46,931 bases of DNA from Utricularia gibba (taxonomy: Eukaryota > Plantae > Magnoliophyta): positions 1-46,931 of the forward strand of contig NEEC01000125.1 of the NCBI GenBank assembly GCA_002189035.1, written 5' to 3'. The notes under the pieces are model-generated. The model searched no databases. It had not been told where the DNA came from and saw only the letters and a list, made by a program, of their open reading frames with translations. Every line of letters begins with the position of its first letter. Position 1 is the stretch's first letter. Positions 1 through 11,900 of this stretch are shown here, in pieces. Position numbers and translations under genes: made by a program.

Positions 1-49
1 GAATCATGGGGGTTTCTGTGCTGTCAGTAACATTTTATCTCGTCTGCAG

Positions 50-1487
50 CTCACGTATTTCTTCCCAAGGTATCACCATTGGTGATTCTCTATCCAACAA
101 TGTTGATGGAGATGAATCAACCTCTTCTAGTCCAGTCAGTCATCTTCCAGTGTCCCTCTCAATCTCATCAGTATCGGATGGCTCTATTTCACATTTTTCA
201 AGATTGAAAGATAGAATTTCTAGTTTGTGGTGGTATGCAATACGAAGATGGCACACAGTATGTACTTGCTGACTACTATTTGCATTGGGGGAAATTAGGA
301 AGTACAGAATAATGGATGAGTTTGGTTTTTAAGTTTTTCCTGTCCTCAATTGCATTTGGATGAGTTTCATCTCTTACAATGTAAAACAGTTGCTACCATT
401 GACCCGGGAAATGCTCATGTTGGCTCTCCGCACAAACCTCATGTTCTTCTATTTTGAAGGTCATCGGATCAGATACTTCTTTTCAGAGAAAGCATTATAT
501 GTTTTTGCTTACTCATCTATGTTTCATCCATATTTTGTTGGTCTCTTGCAGGCCTCTATTATCATATATCAAAAAGAGCTGCTGGGATACGTTATGTTTA
601 TGTAGGCAAACCTACAGATCAGAGGCCAAGGTTTTCTTAAACGTTAAGCCTTCAACATGGAAAAAAAACTTGTTTGCAGGCTTTTGATGAGTTGAATTTT
701 CCTATCAACACAATTTGCTCACTTGTGTAATATGTGCAATTTTATGAAGGTATCAAATCTTGGGCGTTTTTCTACTAGCTCAGCTTTGCATCATTGGTGC
801 TGAGTGGTTAAGGAGAAGCAATTTGTCCTCTGTCGCTGCTTCACTTCAGCAAACATCTACTGGAGCTTATCCACCTTCAGCAGGCTAGTGCTTTTTTTTA
901 ATAGAAATTCATCTGTGTTGACATGCTTTCCGCATCCCTTTCTGTTAGATGCAATGCCTTTTCACTCCTTTCTGTGTGATATTTGCTGTTACATTAGCAA
1001 TGACACACGGCTTTCAAATCACCATTGGCAGTTAGGGGCATTCCTGTTCTAACGAGGAGGGAAATCTCGTTGCTGAAGACTCTATAAAATCTGTGGGGAA
1101 TTCAGAATCCACCTCTACTTCCAGTGTATGGCGCCTTCCATCTCTTAATCCATGGCTTTGAATCACTCCACTACCAAATCAGTTCATGACAGTGATTCTA
1201 TTTCCCAGGCCCCCATCATCAGAACAAGCAAATGCACCCTCTGCTTGAGTAATCGTCAGCAGCCAACAGCCACTCCTGCGCCATGTATTTTGCTGGTATC
1301 ATCAGCAGCACTCTTTCTCTGTGTTGTATTCTTCCGCGTTTGTGATGGTTGATTGTGCTCTCTCTGGTTTGGTTGCTTCCGCAGGAACTGCATAATGGAA
1401 TGGTGTAACGAGAAGCCGGAATGCCCACTGTGTCGCTCTCCGGTGACGCATCCTTCTCTCGTTTGTCTCCATCACTCCGATTTCTGA
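50..1487 (+). CDS. PEX10: Peroxin 10 (peroxisomal RING E3 ligase), 3' part of a multi-exon gene; 5' exons lie outside the window
   Basis: Spliced exons read ...LALRTNLMFFYFEG/LYYHISKRAAGIRYVYVGKPTDQRPR/YQILGVFLLAQLCII...RGIPVL(N)EEGN...SKCTLCLSNRQQPTATP(CG)HVFCW/NCIMEWCNEKPECPLCRSPVTHPSLVCLHHSDF*, the plant PEX10 C-terminus. Stop TGA at 1485-1487. Apparent 1-bp deletions at ~1051, ~1277 and ~1280. Confidence 0.95.
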
Positions 1488-1703
1488 GGGCGGTTCCCTC
1501 TGTTGTTTACACAGTTTCCCATTAGGGCTCGTTCTAATGATAAATATAATTTTTAAAATGAAATATATATTAAACCCTTTTTTGGAATAAATAATTAAAA
1601 GGCGCGTATTATTATTAAAAAAAGAGAGATAGCGTTTGGTTGGCGGAAAACAACATGACGCAGCTTATCTTCTCGACGCGGGATGAAAGCAGGGATAGAA
1701 CAA

Positions 1704-2622
1704 ATGGCAGTTGCCTCCGCCGCCGTCGCTTGGAGCAGCGTCTCCGTTCAGAACAGTCTGATCAGACTTCACTACTGCGTTTCGGATATTTCGTATCGGC
1801 GTCGCGGAACTCTGAAATTGAGGAATTCCGGTGACGATGGCGTCGCGGCCGTTGAATCGGAGTCTAATTTGCCGGAGGAAGTTCCGAAAATCACCCGCCC
1901 GTCGTTGATTTCCGCAATCAACGTGGAAAAGCCTTGCGCCGCATCGGTATTCTCGAAATTTTGATCCGGTTTCTAATTCGCTCCTGCAATCGATGGTTCA
2001 CGCAGTAGAATTGCAGCAATTACGGATGCCGATCACTACGGGAGGCTCGATCTTCGCAGCGGATGCGCAACCGATGAGGTCGTAGTTTCTAATTTTACTC
2101 CCATTTTTTTTCAAAATTCCACCAACTGATGCCTGTATTCAGGTTGAGGTTGCCTACCGGAACAAAGTAATGGAGGCAATGAACAGAGGCTTAGAGGAAG
2201 AAGATCTCAACAAGGAGCTCGATCTGTTGAAGGTTTTGTCAATTCCCTAATCGGCAAAGCAAATTTCATAGATAGACATAAGATTTGAAGTCTTTAGGAA
2301 TCGTATACCATTTTGTCGACGGCGGAAGAGAGGAGACTCTACGATTGGAGTTTGGCTCGGAACATGAATGCAGATAGATATGTTTGGCCTTTTGAGCTTG
2401 ATTCGACTCCGACCTCCTCCGGCGACCCTCCTCCTGAGGTACCACCCCGGTCATGTCATGGATTAATGTTTCAATCAGATTGCCCCTCCACGAGCGCCGT
2501 ATCACTACCATCGAGTTCCTTTTCAGGAGCCGGAGGACGAAGCGCCGACAAGGATCGTCGGATACATTCTTCTAGGTTGGGTGTTACTCTCGTTTGCTCT
2601 CTTGATCGCTTTCGACATTTAG
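1704..2622 (+). CDS. NDHU: Chloroplast NDH complex subunit U (J-like protein CRRL), 5 exons
   Basis: Transit-peptide-like N-terminus, then PSLISAINVEK(A)LR.I/AITDADHYGRL...E/VEVAYRNKV...LDLLK/ESYTILSTAEERRLYDWSLAR...RYVWPFE...PPPE/EPEDEAPTRIVGYILLGWVLL...*, matching NdhU/CRRL. GT-AG introns. One apparent 1-bp deletion at ~1931. Confidence 0.92.
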
Positions 2623-3691
2623 GCCAATCCTCCTCTCCTCCAAGCAGCATGTGACTTTTTCTTTGACAAGATGAAAAATATAGCCGTTGTTATTTGTACG
2701 CGGAATCGATGGCCCAGATATCCCACATCGGCTACGCAAATAGTTCATTGGGAATTTCAGCCACTATAAAATCCCCAATTGCATCCCCACTTACACATAA
2801 CAGCTGCGAGATAAGCACAAAGCGAACTATTCTTTCGCCTTTTACTAAAGAATACCGTGTGCTTGTCTCACCACGCAGCATACCCCAATTTTTGGAGGGC
2901 TTTTCACAAAGGCCCTGTAATTCAGTTCAACAAGTTTTTCCATTCATGATGGGAATTGTGACCAATGAGAGACAATTTAAACTTATCCTTCAACAACCAA
3001 ATGACGAGGTAGGTCCGTGTGGGTTTGTCGGTTTAGCTTCTTGGGTGTGAAGTGGAATCCAGTTGATAATACTTTTTTTTTCTGAGAGGTTTCGCAAAAC
3101 GCAGCAGCGGCATGTGTGTGCGAGGCTTGTCGCGCAGGCGGCAGAGTTTTCAGAGCAGCTTTTTTCCACATAACTTCGAAAAGGTCTTCGTCTGTGTTGG
3201 CAGGCACTCACATGTGCGGTCGGCCCCGACGACGTCGTTTTCACACTTTGTAATCATCATTCTCATTCCCTGCTTGGCTGGTTTTTATCTATCTTTCTTA
3301 TTATTGTTTTATCTTTCGTTTGTATTACAGGAAAGCACTACTTCACCACACCACCACCGATGCTAACGAGACACTGGGTGTTGCCGTACGCAACACCACG
3401 GTGAACCCCTCAACTAATCAGGTAATTAGACCAAGATCATTATCATTGGTGCAAGAAAAGAGTATCATCACATCTTTGTGCTTCTTCTGTACGTGGGATT
3501 TGATCCATAGCTCTGACTAAACATGAGTTTTTCCTCATTTCTAAGGTGGTCATCGCTTTGAGTTCTAATATAACAACACCGAGTGCTCCACATTTGGATA
3601 CTGTCCCATCTCGATAATAATATGAATAAGTTTGCTGCAAGATCCATGAGTATGGGGAACTCGGGTTTCTGGGTTCTCAAGCATTGTTCTT

Positions 3692-4794
3692 TTATGTAGA
3701 GGAGAAGTTGAATTTGTGGCCGGTTAATTTCTCCAGGTAAGAAACAATGGCAGCTTCTCTGTTATCAGCTAGTCTCTTCTCTCGAGCTCTTGCCTTGGCT
3801 TCCTTCTCGAACCTCGCCATTTCTTGAACTCGCCACTCCTCTTCCCTCGCGCGTCTCTCTTCATCCAGTCTCTCGATCATCTCCGTGAACTTGTTGTTCA
3901 GAATCTCCTGATGACTCATCATCTGCTTCACTAGCTTACCGAAAAACTCAGCCATCGGAGGGATCACTTCTCTGTACTCACTCCTCCTCTTTCTCCTCTT
4001 CTTCTTCCTCGCGTTCGAGCCTTCTTCTAAGTCCTCCTCTTCGTTCTCTCCAGCCGTGGCATCGGAGCCTTGATCCGGCTGGGCCGCGTTTGCCGATGGG
4101 AGGCTTTTGTATATGGCTTCCAACTCCCCGAACTGTACTCTGCCCGTGGCATGGCTTTGTGCCTGTGCGCCGACTGCTTCACTGTCTTCATTGGATGCGT
4201 CTGCTGCAAGAGGCTCCCTAAAAGCAATGCAACGGGGCAATTCAGATTAGGGAGTTTGTCTCTTTGTTGTGTACAAAAACCAAATCTAATCAACGTGATC
4301 CTTTTTGTCCTAAGCGATTCCTTCATGGATTCTCCAACCCAAAAGAAGCAAGCATAATCATCATATATTCTCATACACTATGCATTATGCAGAAGAGAAC
4401 AATTACCAAAAGGGTTGGTGTAGTTTAATCCCGAATTGAAAGTCCCAAAGGAGGGTCTCGTCTCCGCAACTCCACTCTCTTTAAGCTCGTTGGGAGAACA
4501 AAATTCGTTCAACCCAAGCCTGAAGTTGACGGCGGGGAAATAAGGCGCCGCCGTGCCGGCAGCGGTGGCGCTTCCGGATCCTCCAGCGACGAAGTTCTGC
4601 GGGAGGAAATGGTGGTGGTTCTGGAAGAGGTGATGGTGGGTTGTGGGCTGCATTGAGTGGATCTGGTGAACAATGTGTGTCTGGTTCATCCACACGACGA
4701 CCGGTGCTGATGATTCGGGTGGGTTCTGCGGCTCCTCAGGCTCGAAACCGGGTTGGGTCGTGGATCTTTCCATACCGTAGCGATAATTCCTCAT
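3692..4794 (-). CDS. GT-2/PTL-related trihelix-family protein, 2 exons (4794-4407; 4217 or 4203 to 3692); keeps the coiled-coil but no complete trihelix domain
   Basis: His/Gln-rich N-terminus, FPAVNFRLGLNE, FGELEAIY, basic RKKKRRKRR, and the GT-2-type coiled coil FFGKLVKQMMSHQEILNNKF...ERRAREEEWRVQEMARFEKE...AAIVSYLEKLTG. Confidence 0.8.
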
Positions 4795-5248
4795 CGCAGC
4801 AGCAGCACCAGAAGAGGAGGGAAGAAGAAGCTGAAGAGATTGGGGATTTTGAAGAGCTCTTCCTCCCACACACTGCGGTGGCGCCTTTCTTTCTTCCCTG
4901 TTGTTGTGATGGTGTCACCTTCCGAGAAGATAAAAAAGCAATAACCCCGTGGGTGTGTGTGTAGGCAGTCGTCAGTCAGGTTCCATATATTTTTCTACTT
5001 CAGAGGACATGTTATTTTGTACTTCAAAAACAATTAAAATAATCACAACTTGCATCTATCCATTTTATGCGTCTCAGAACAATCAAGAATTTCATCCCAT
5101 TTCCCCAACAACACACACTAACTATCAAGAAGACGTAAAACTGGGTAAGCTGTGAGTAAAGCGGAAAATGGCGTCATCGTGTTGGGTACGAAGACGATGA
5201 AAAAGCCAAGGGTTTCGTGGAGGGGTGGAAGGGAAGAAGGACAAGGGG

Positions 5249-5332
5249 CACGTGTGCGAATGCGGGTGATAAGAAGGTAAACATTAAACCCTCGTTACCC
5301 AAAAGAATTGAATGTAAATGGTGGCGCACGTG
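5249..5332. promoter_or_regulatory. Two G-boxes (CACGTG at 5249-5254 and 5327-5332) about 460 and 535 bp upstream of the trihelix-like ATG
   Basis: Exact CACGTG matches in a GC-richer stretch upstream of the gene; function inferred only. Confidence 0.45.
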
Positions 5333-5426
5333 AATGGATGGATGGGGAGCCCCGTCCCTTTCACCCCATTCATTCTTATTTCCCTAAATGCCCTAAAAAT
5401 CTCTAATGGTTATGTACTCTTTTTTA

Positions 5427-5837
5427 GGTAGTGTTTAGTTGGGGTATAAGGGGGATTAATTAATGGGTATTAGATATTAATGTGTTTATTTGTGGTTTAT
5501 ATATCCTGGATTATACGTAAATTTGATAAATTTTTGTTGGTGGGATTATATAAAATAACCACACCCCATTACTTTACTTAATCCCATGATATGATTTTAT
5601 CAAATTAACTTTATCTTACACCTATATTTATTTTTAAAAAAAAAATTCAATTCAAAAAGTATTTTAGTAATTATCTTTTTTAATCTCATATATTTTAACG
5701 TCATCAACAACATAGTATAACATAATCTCATATTAACTAACCAAACACAATAAAAAATGATATTTTATCCTATTCTACTTCATTAATCCTCATTAATATA
5801 AAATCACTCATCATATTACTGTCAATTAAACACACCC
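5427..5837. mobile_element. Tourist/PIF-Harbinger-like MITE, 411 bp
   Basis: Imperfect TIRs GGTAGTGTTTAGTTG ... CAATTAAACACACCC, TTA on both sides (5424-5426, 5838-5840), AT-rich non-coding interior. Confidence 0.7.
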
Positions 5838-8800
5838 TTACTATTTTATCATTTGATAAGTCCTAACCGGATAAAAAACTAATTTGACTTAAAATTGGGT
5901 ATTAAACAAACAATCTGACATTGAAAAATGAAAGTAAAATAATTTAATATATGCAATTTTTCAAATTATTATTATTAATTGAATTAATTTGTTAATGTGA
6001 TCTATATTTTTTGTATATTTGAATTTTACTTATGTTTATTTAATTAATCGAATTCTTAATTTCAAAATTTTATCACCATCATCCTTGGCAATGTGATGCG
6101 TGAGGATGCACCGGCGAGCGACAATAGATAGTGATCGATGGAGGATGGCAATGGGTGGGTGGTAATTTGAATATAAATTAAGATTGATAATGAATACCAA
6201 TTTTACCAAATAATAAAACAATATAAATTGATATTGTTTGGTTTTTTAAATTTAATTATGCCAACCAAATGGTGTAAACTGCATATGCAATTCTCCCAAC
6301 TCTTTCCAGGGCCCGTGGGCGAAACTTCAACTAAGAAAAGCCCATTTTGGAATATTGGGCCAGCCCATTTTCAATGGATAAACTCAAGTACGACTATTCA
6401 TCCTCTAGTACAAAAGTCGTACGTTGCTCGTATACATTTGTCAACGAAATTCTAACCTTGCTCATTTTTTTGTTTATTTTCTCAGAAAAAAAACCCACAT
6501 TTGTTTTTGTTGGCCGTAATAGTGTTTTCATTTTTCTATAAGTGATATAATAATTTTTATTTTTCATAATACAAAGTAAATGGTGTTTGGTAACAATAAA
6601 AAAAATATATTACATACACTTTTTAAATTAAGGGATAACGTGTGTGTGTGTAGAAGATAATATAATAAACAATGACTATAGATCATATGACAACAAAACT
6701 TTAATATGTGTGAATAATGCATGTAATGCTTGGAATCAGTACGTTATACTTTAGCCGAATGAAGAATGTAGAAATTTTATTGGAATCACTTAGAGTGATG
6801 ATCTAACGATATTTTATTCTTAATGAAATCAAATGGAGAATCAAGAATGGTTATACAAAGAGTGTTAATGAAAATCAAAATGGAATGTTTGAAATCAGTT
6901 CATTATGCTATAATTGAACATAAAAAGGTAGAATTTTGTTGGAATTTTATTGGAAGGATGATATAATGATATGTTATGATCTTAATGAAGTCAACATAAT
7001 AATGGAGATTATTCATACACTATTACACAAATGGATTGTTTGATAGCAAAGTATTAGCATGCTTAAGAATATAATTTTAAGCATATGAATGATATACATC
7101 TAACTAAGACTCCTCTTTATTTATATATATTACTCATATATCAAAAAATGAGTATGTCAATATATAATTATATAAAGTTAATATATGTATTAATCAATCA
7201 AATAATGATGTATGTGTAAATTTAGGTATATATTTTATATTCACTTATTAAATAACCCGAGAAAATACCACCGAAAATCAAAACAATTATAAAAGTTATC
7301 CCGTAGATGAGTTATTTAGAATCGGAAAAAAAATGAATATTTATCATTATAACTATTAAAAGAAATTATAATTTATGAAGCACTAATGAATACAAATATA
7401 AGAAACAAATATATTTGATGAGATAAGCTGGTATAATTGAATAATTAATTTACTAAATATTTTAAGAAATTATATAAATTAAATCTCATTTTAAATTTAT
7501 AATTACAATTAATTATACCTGGTGATTTTATCATTAAAAAAAAAAAATATTTATTAATAGAAAAATGCATACTTCTTAATTTTTTTTGTTTTGAAAGGAA
7601 TGAAAAATAAGGGTTCAATTTTTTGAATTTCATATTCTCCTATGAAACATGATGAATATCGAATATCCGAGAAATGATGATAATCCGGATGAAAGACAAT
7701 TCCTTAAATGCCCTTCCCAGCCGGCTCCCTGAAGCTTGACCCCCGGTCTATAAAAATGAACTAATGGGAAGTCCAAGGTCAACCCTGGTTAATAATTTAA
7801 ATCTTGGAGTAGGACCCACATAATTAGAATAGAGTATTCAATTTATAAGATTCTAATGGATATGGATCCACAAAATCGATATTTGATGATAAGTATCATT
7901 TAAATTTTAATATTGATAATTAAATATTTATAACTTTTTTACTATCAAAAAAATAAAAAATTGCAATGAATATGCACTTTTATTATTGGAAAACAAAATT
8001 TTACAAAAAAAATTGTAAATAAAATGAAGAAAAGAGAAATTATTTAAATTTAGCAGATAGGTAAAATTGTAATCGATTAAACCAAAACTCTGGTTTCAGT
8101 TCAAAATTGTATTTTTCATATGATCCCATTATGAAAAAAACTGTCAAAAAACATTATTTTTACTAACATCCATATATTGTAAGTGCCTAGAAAAAAGTTG
8201 ATATTTTTGAGAATGTTTTAATATACTCATAATAATTTTTATGAACCTTGAAGAAATTTAAAAAAAACATTGTGCTTCTAAAACATACACAATGGCTAAT
8301 GTGGGTGAGTGGAATAGAAATTTGAATCAAATTTGATATCAAATCGTGATTTATGAAAATGTTTTGGAAGGCATCACAACACTAGAGGTGGGTTTATTTT
8401 TTGTATATTTCAAGTTTTTAATATATTCACGAAAATGTAGCTCTGAAGCGCTGTTCTTCAGAGTTCGTTTCGAATGAGATGGGCCATGTTTTGATCAGGG
8501 GAGCAGACGATGTCGTTTTGGCATTTTCTAATTTTTTGTTTTTTTTTGCTTTTCTTTTTCTGAGATGCGGAAGAAGAGATTGGATATTAAAAAAGTAAAA
8601 AGAGAAACAAAAAGGGCCGAGGGATAAAAAAAAAAAAAAAAGCTCGTCTGCAGCGGCTCGTTTCCTGGAAGAATTCTTGAAGAAAGTCAAGGTCACTACT
8701 CTTGGGATCTGGTTCATTTTTTCTGTGAAGAGGGCGCACTGATTCCGCCGATCTGATTCAGTTCGGCCGCAAAAAGTGTGTTTTTATACGTGGAAATTGT

Positions 8801-8927
8801 CTGGGTAATTGCTGGTTTTTCGCTGTTCAGTTTCTTGGAATCCCGAAGGGTAATGCAAATCTGCGATTTTTTTTTTTTCAGTTACTCGTAGTGCTGGGAA
8901 GTAGTCCGTGGTTTCTTCTCCGTGTGT

Positions 8928-11900
8928 ATGAGGATTAGGTGCTTACTATTTTCCTGCTTTGGGGGCAGAGGAGAAAATTTATTTTCTTTTATCATTGGTT
9001 ATTTGCGTCGTTACCACCTTGCTGGTAAGCGGAACGGGTTGAAGGAGAGGGTAGTTTTGGGTGATGAATGTGAGGACATGGATGAAAATTCTGGATTCCG
9101 TCTTCGGGTGGTGATGCCGAGGGGTTGATCTGAATGAAGGGCTTTTTCTGATCCGGAAATGAGTCTTGCCGATGGGGATTTCAGCAATTGGATAATTCAG
9201 TTGCAATCTAGGCAGGGTGTTGTTGATGGGGTGAGGGAGGAAAGAAGATGCTAGCGTCAATGTGGGTTTGAGTGATGAGTCATCATCTTCCTTGGCGACA
9301 GCAATTACAATGGGAACAGAGCATTGTGAGCGTGATAACAAACGGAGTAAAACTCATTCTTTATCACTGTAAGACACCCGATTTCGCTTTCCATTTTATC
9401 AAACTCAGATTTTATCATCTTCGCATAATTAGGAAAAAAAAGATCAAATTATACTGTGTTGTTTCTATTGTTTCCCATATTCTTTTCCCGAGAAATGAAC
9501 ATAAGTTGTTGCACAACCTGATTTTCGTCTCTCTTGTTCACCATGAGCAATACTCAGTCATATTTTTTTCACAGGGAATGGGGCGAAAGGATTTGTAGTG
9601 CATCCATTACCCCTGTTTAGTGAATGCGATAACTGAGGTGGATACTAATTTGGGTGATCATGTTATTCCCATGGATAACAGTGGGATTAATGGAGATCCC
9701 ATGTTCCAGGATGATTCAGATGTTAGGATGGACCTTACTGATGACTTGCTGCATATGGTTGGTGTAACCCGTCCAACTCTCTACTCATTATCCTATTGTC
9801 TTGGGCTAACTATCCTGCTTATCTGTGAACTTATACAGGTATTCAGTTTCTTGAACCACAGTGACCTTTGCCGTGCGGCAATTGTTTGCAGGCAGTGGCG
9901 GGATGCTAGTACCCATGAGGATTTATGGCGTTACTTAAATTTTGAGGGTCGATCCATATCTGTACCGCAGTGTGAGTGTTGCATGATTTCTCTTTAATTT
10001 TTCCTAAATAAATTAAGTAAGCGAACCTGAATTCTTATTTAACTAAATTCGTTATCTTATAGAATTGATCAGGTGCAAGATGCATGACACTGATATTGAT
10101 ATGGATGTTTGAGTGCCAATATATAGTTTCTTATTTTTCCTCATCCAAAAAGTTTGTTAATTATTTTGTTTATGTTGGAGCTATTTATTGCCCAAGACAT
10201 GTGTCGAATATAGTTCATTTGTTCCTAAGCTTTGATTTTTTTTTTTTCTGAAATTCTGTTCAAGAACTAATCTTTTTAGTGGCTTTGATGTATAGTTGAA
10301 GTGATTTGTCGAAGGTACCCCAAGGCTTCTGCTGTTAATGTCTATGGCGTGCCTAATATGTATAACTTGTTGATGGAAGCTGCCGCCTCATTGAGGTATT
10401 TTTTACCGTAGAATGGATAGTTTATGTTGATTTACGAATTCCAAGGCATTTATGCCTTTTTTTTGTTCTCAGAAACCTTGAGGTTCTAACTCTTGGGAAG
10501 GGCCAGATAGATGAACCCTTTTTCCAAGTCTTGTGTGAATGCCAGGCGTTGAGATGTTTAATAATCAATGACGCTACTTTGGGTAATGGATTTCAAGAAA
10601 TTATGGTTTTCCATAGTCGATTACATGATCTTCAGATAGTGAAATGCCGCCTGTCACGGATCTCAATCAGGTTTCATTGAAATATTTCATTAGTTCCAAT
10701 GCTATCCCTTTCTAGAATAAAGATACATCTATCCTTGCAGGTGCCCCAAGCTTGAAACATTGTCCCTGAAACGCAGCTCTATGCCACAGGCCACTCTCAA
10801 TTGTCCTACTCTGCGCGAACTTGATTTGGCATCATGTCACAAGATGTCAGATGCTGCAATACGCTCTGCAGCAACTTCGTGCCCATTGTTGGAATCCTTA
10901 GATGTGTCCAACTGTTCATGTTTTAGTGATGAGACACTTCGTGATATTTCTGTTTCATGTGGAAGTCTTCATTCGCTCAATGCTTCATATTGCCCTAACA
11001 TATCTCTTGAAGTACGTTTTTATTTATTCAATCTCTATTTTTCTTTCAAGAAAACGAAGGATCATAATTTTCTCCAGTCAAATTACATCTTATTATTTAC
11101 TTTATCCTTTGAAGTCTGTGAGACTGCCAGTGCTGACCGTGCTAAAGCTTCATAGCTGCGAGGGTATAACATCAGCTTCAATGGCTGCTGTTGCGTATAG
11201 CTATATGCTCGAGGTTTGATTGCGCTGCTCAAGCATTTCTTTGTGCCTACTGTTTTTAATTTTTTCCAGAAGTTTAGCAAAATCTGATTTTTCTCATGTA
11301 ACATATCTTCTATAGGTCCTTGAGCTTGACAATTGCAATTTGTTGGTATCATTGTCATTGGATCTACCACGATTGAAGTGTATACGGCTCGTACATTGCC
11401 GCAAGTCTGTTCTAATTTTCATTGCTGGCCTTAAAAATTTACTCGCTGTTTGGATGAACTGAAACCTTTTTTTTATTCTTTCAGATTCGCTGATCTAAAT
11501 TTAAGAAGTAATATGCTGTCATCAGTTAATATTTCCAATTGTCCTTCCCTACTGAAAATAAGTATCACATCCCATGCACTGAAGGTAAACTTCATATTGT
11601 CACTCGCATATCCTCACACACACAAAATTGACATGTATCCATTCATTGAGGCAAATGTATTGAATTTATTTGCAGAGATTAGTCTTGCAAAAGCAAGAAA
11701 GTCTAAGAACCTTGATACTGCAATGCCGTTCCTTGGAAGAGGTTGACCTCACTGAGTGTGAATCTCTAACGAATTCCATCTGCGAGGTTTTCAGTACAGG
11801 AGGAGGTTGCCCTTTGTTAAAATCATTGCTTCTTGACAGCTGCGAGGTACATCACACGATTTCTATCCCAAATTTCAAAATTTCTTTCCATTAATTATTT

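Noticed and set aside
2983-3244. Minus-strand ORFs of 74 and 84 aa
   Set aside because: No recognisable motif or supporting exon structure.
6649-7200. LTR-like segment with a degenerate internal repeat and a minus-strand TATA-like motif
   Set aside because: No matching CA terminus with a TSD could be found; possibly an old solo LTR but not supportable.
7719-7734. Partial resemblance to miR160 (GCCGGCTCCCTGAAGC)
   Set aside because: Indels relative to the mature sequence and no complementary star arm nearby.
8979-9341. 120-aa minus-strand ORF
   Set aside because: Antisense shadow of FBXL15 exon 1; it appears prominent only because the sense frame is broken by indels.
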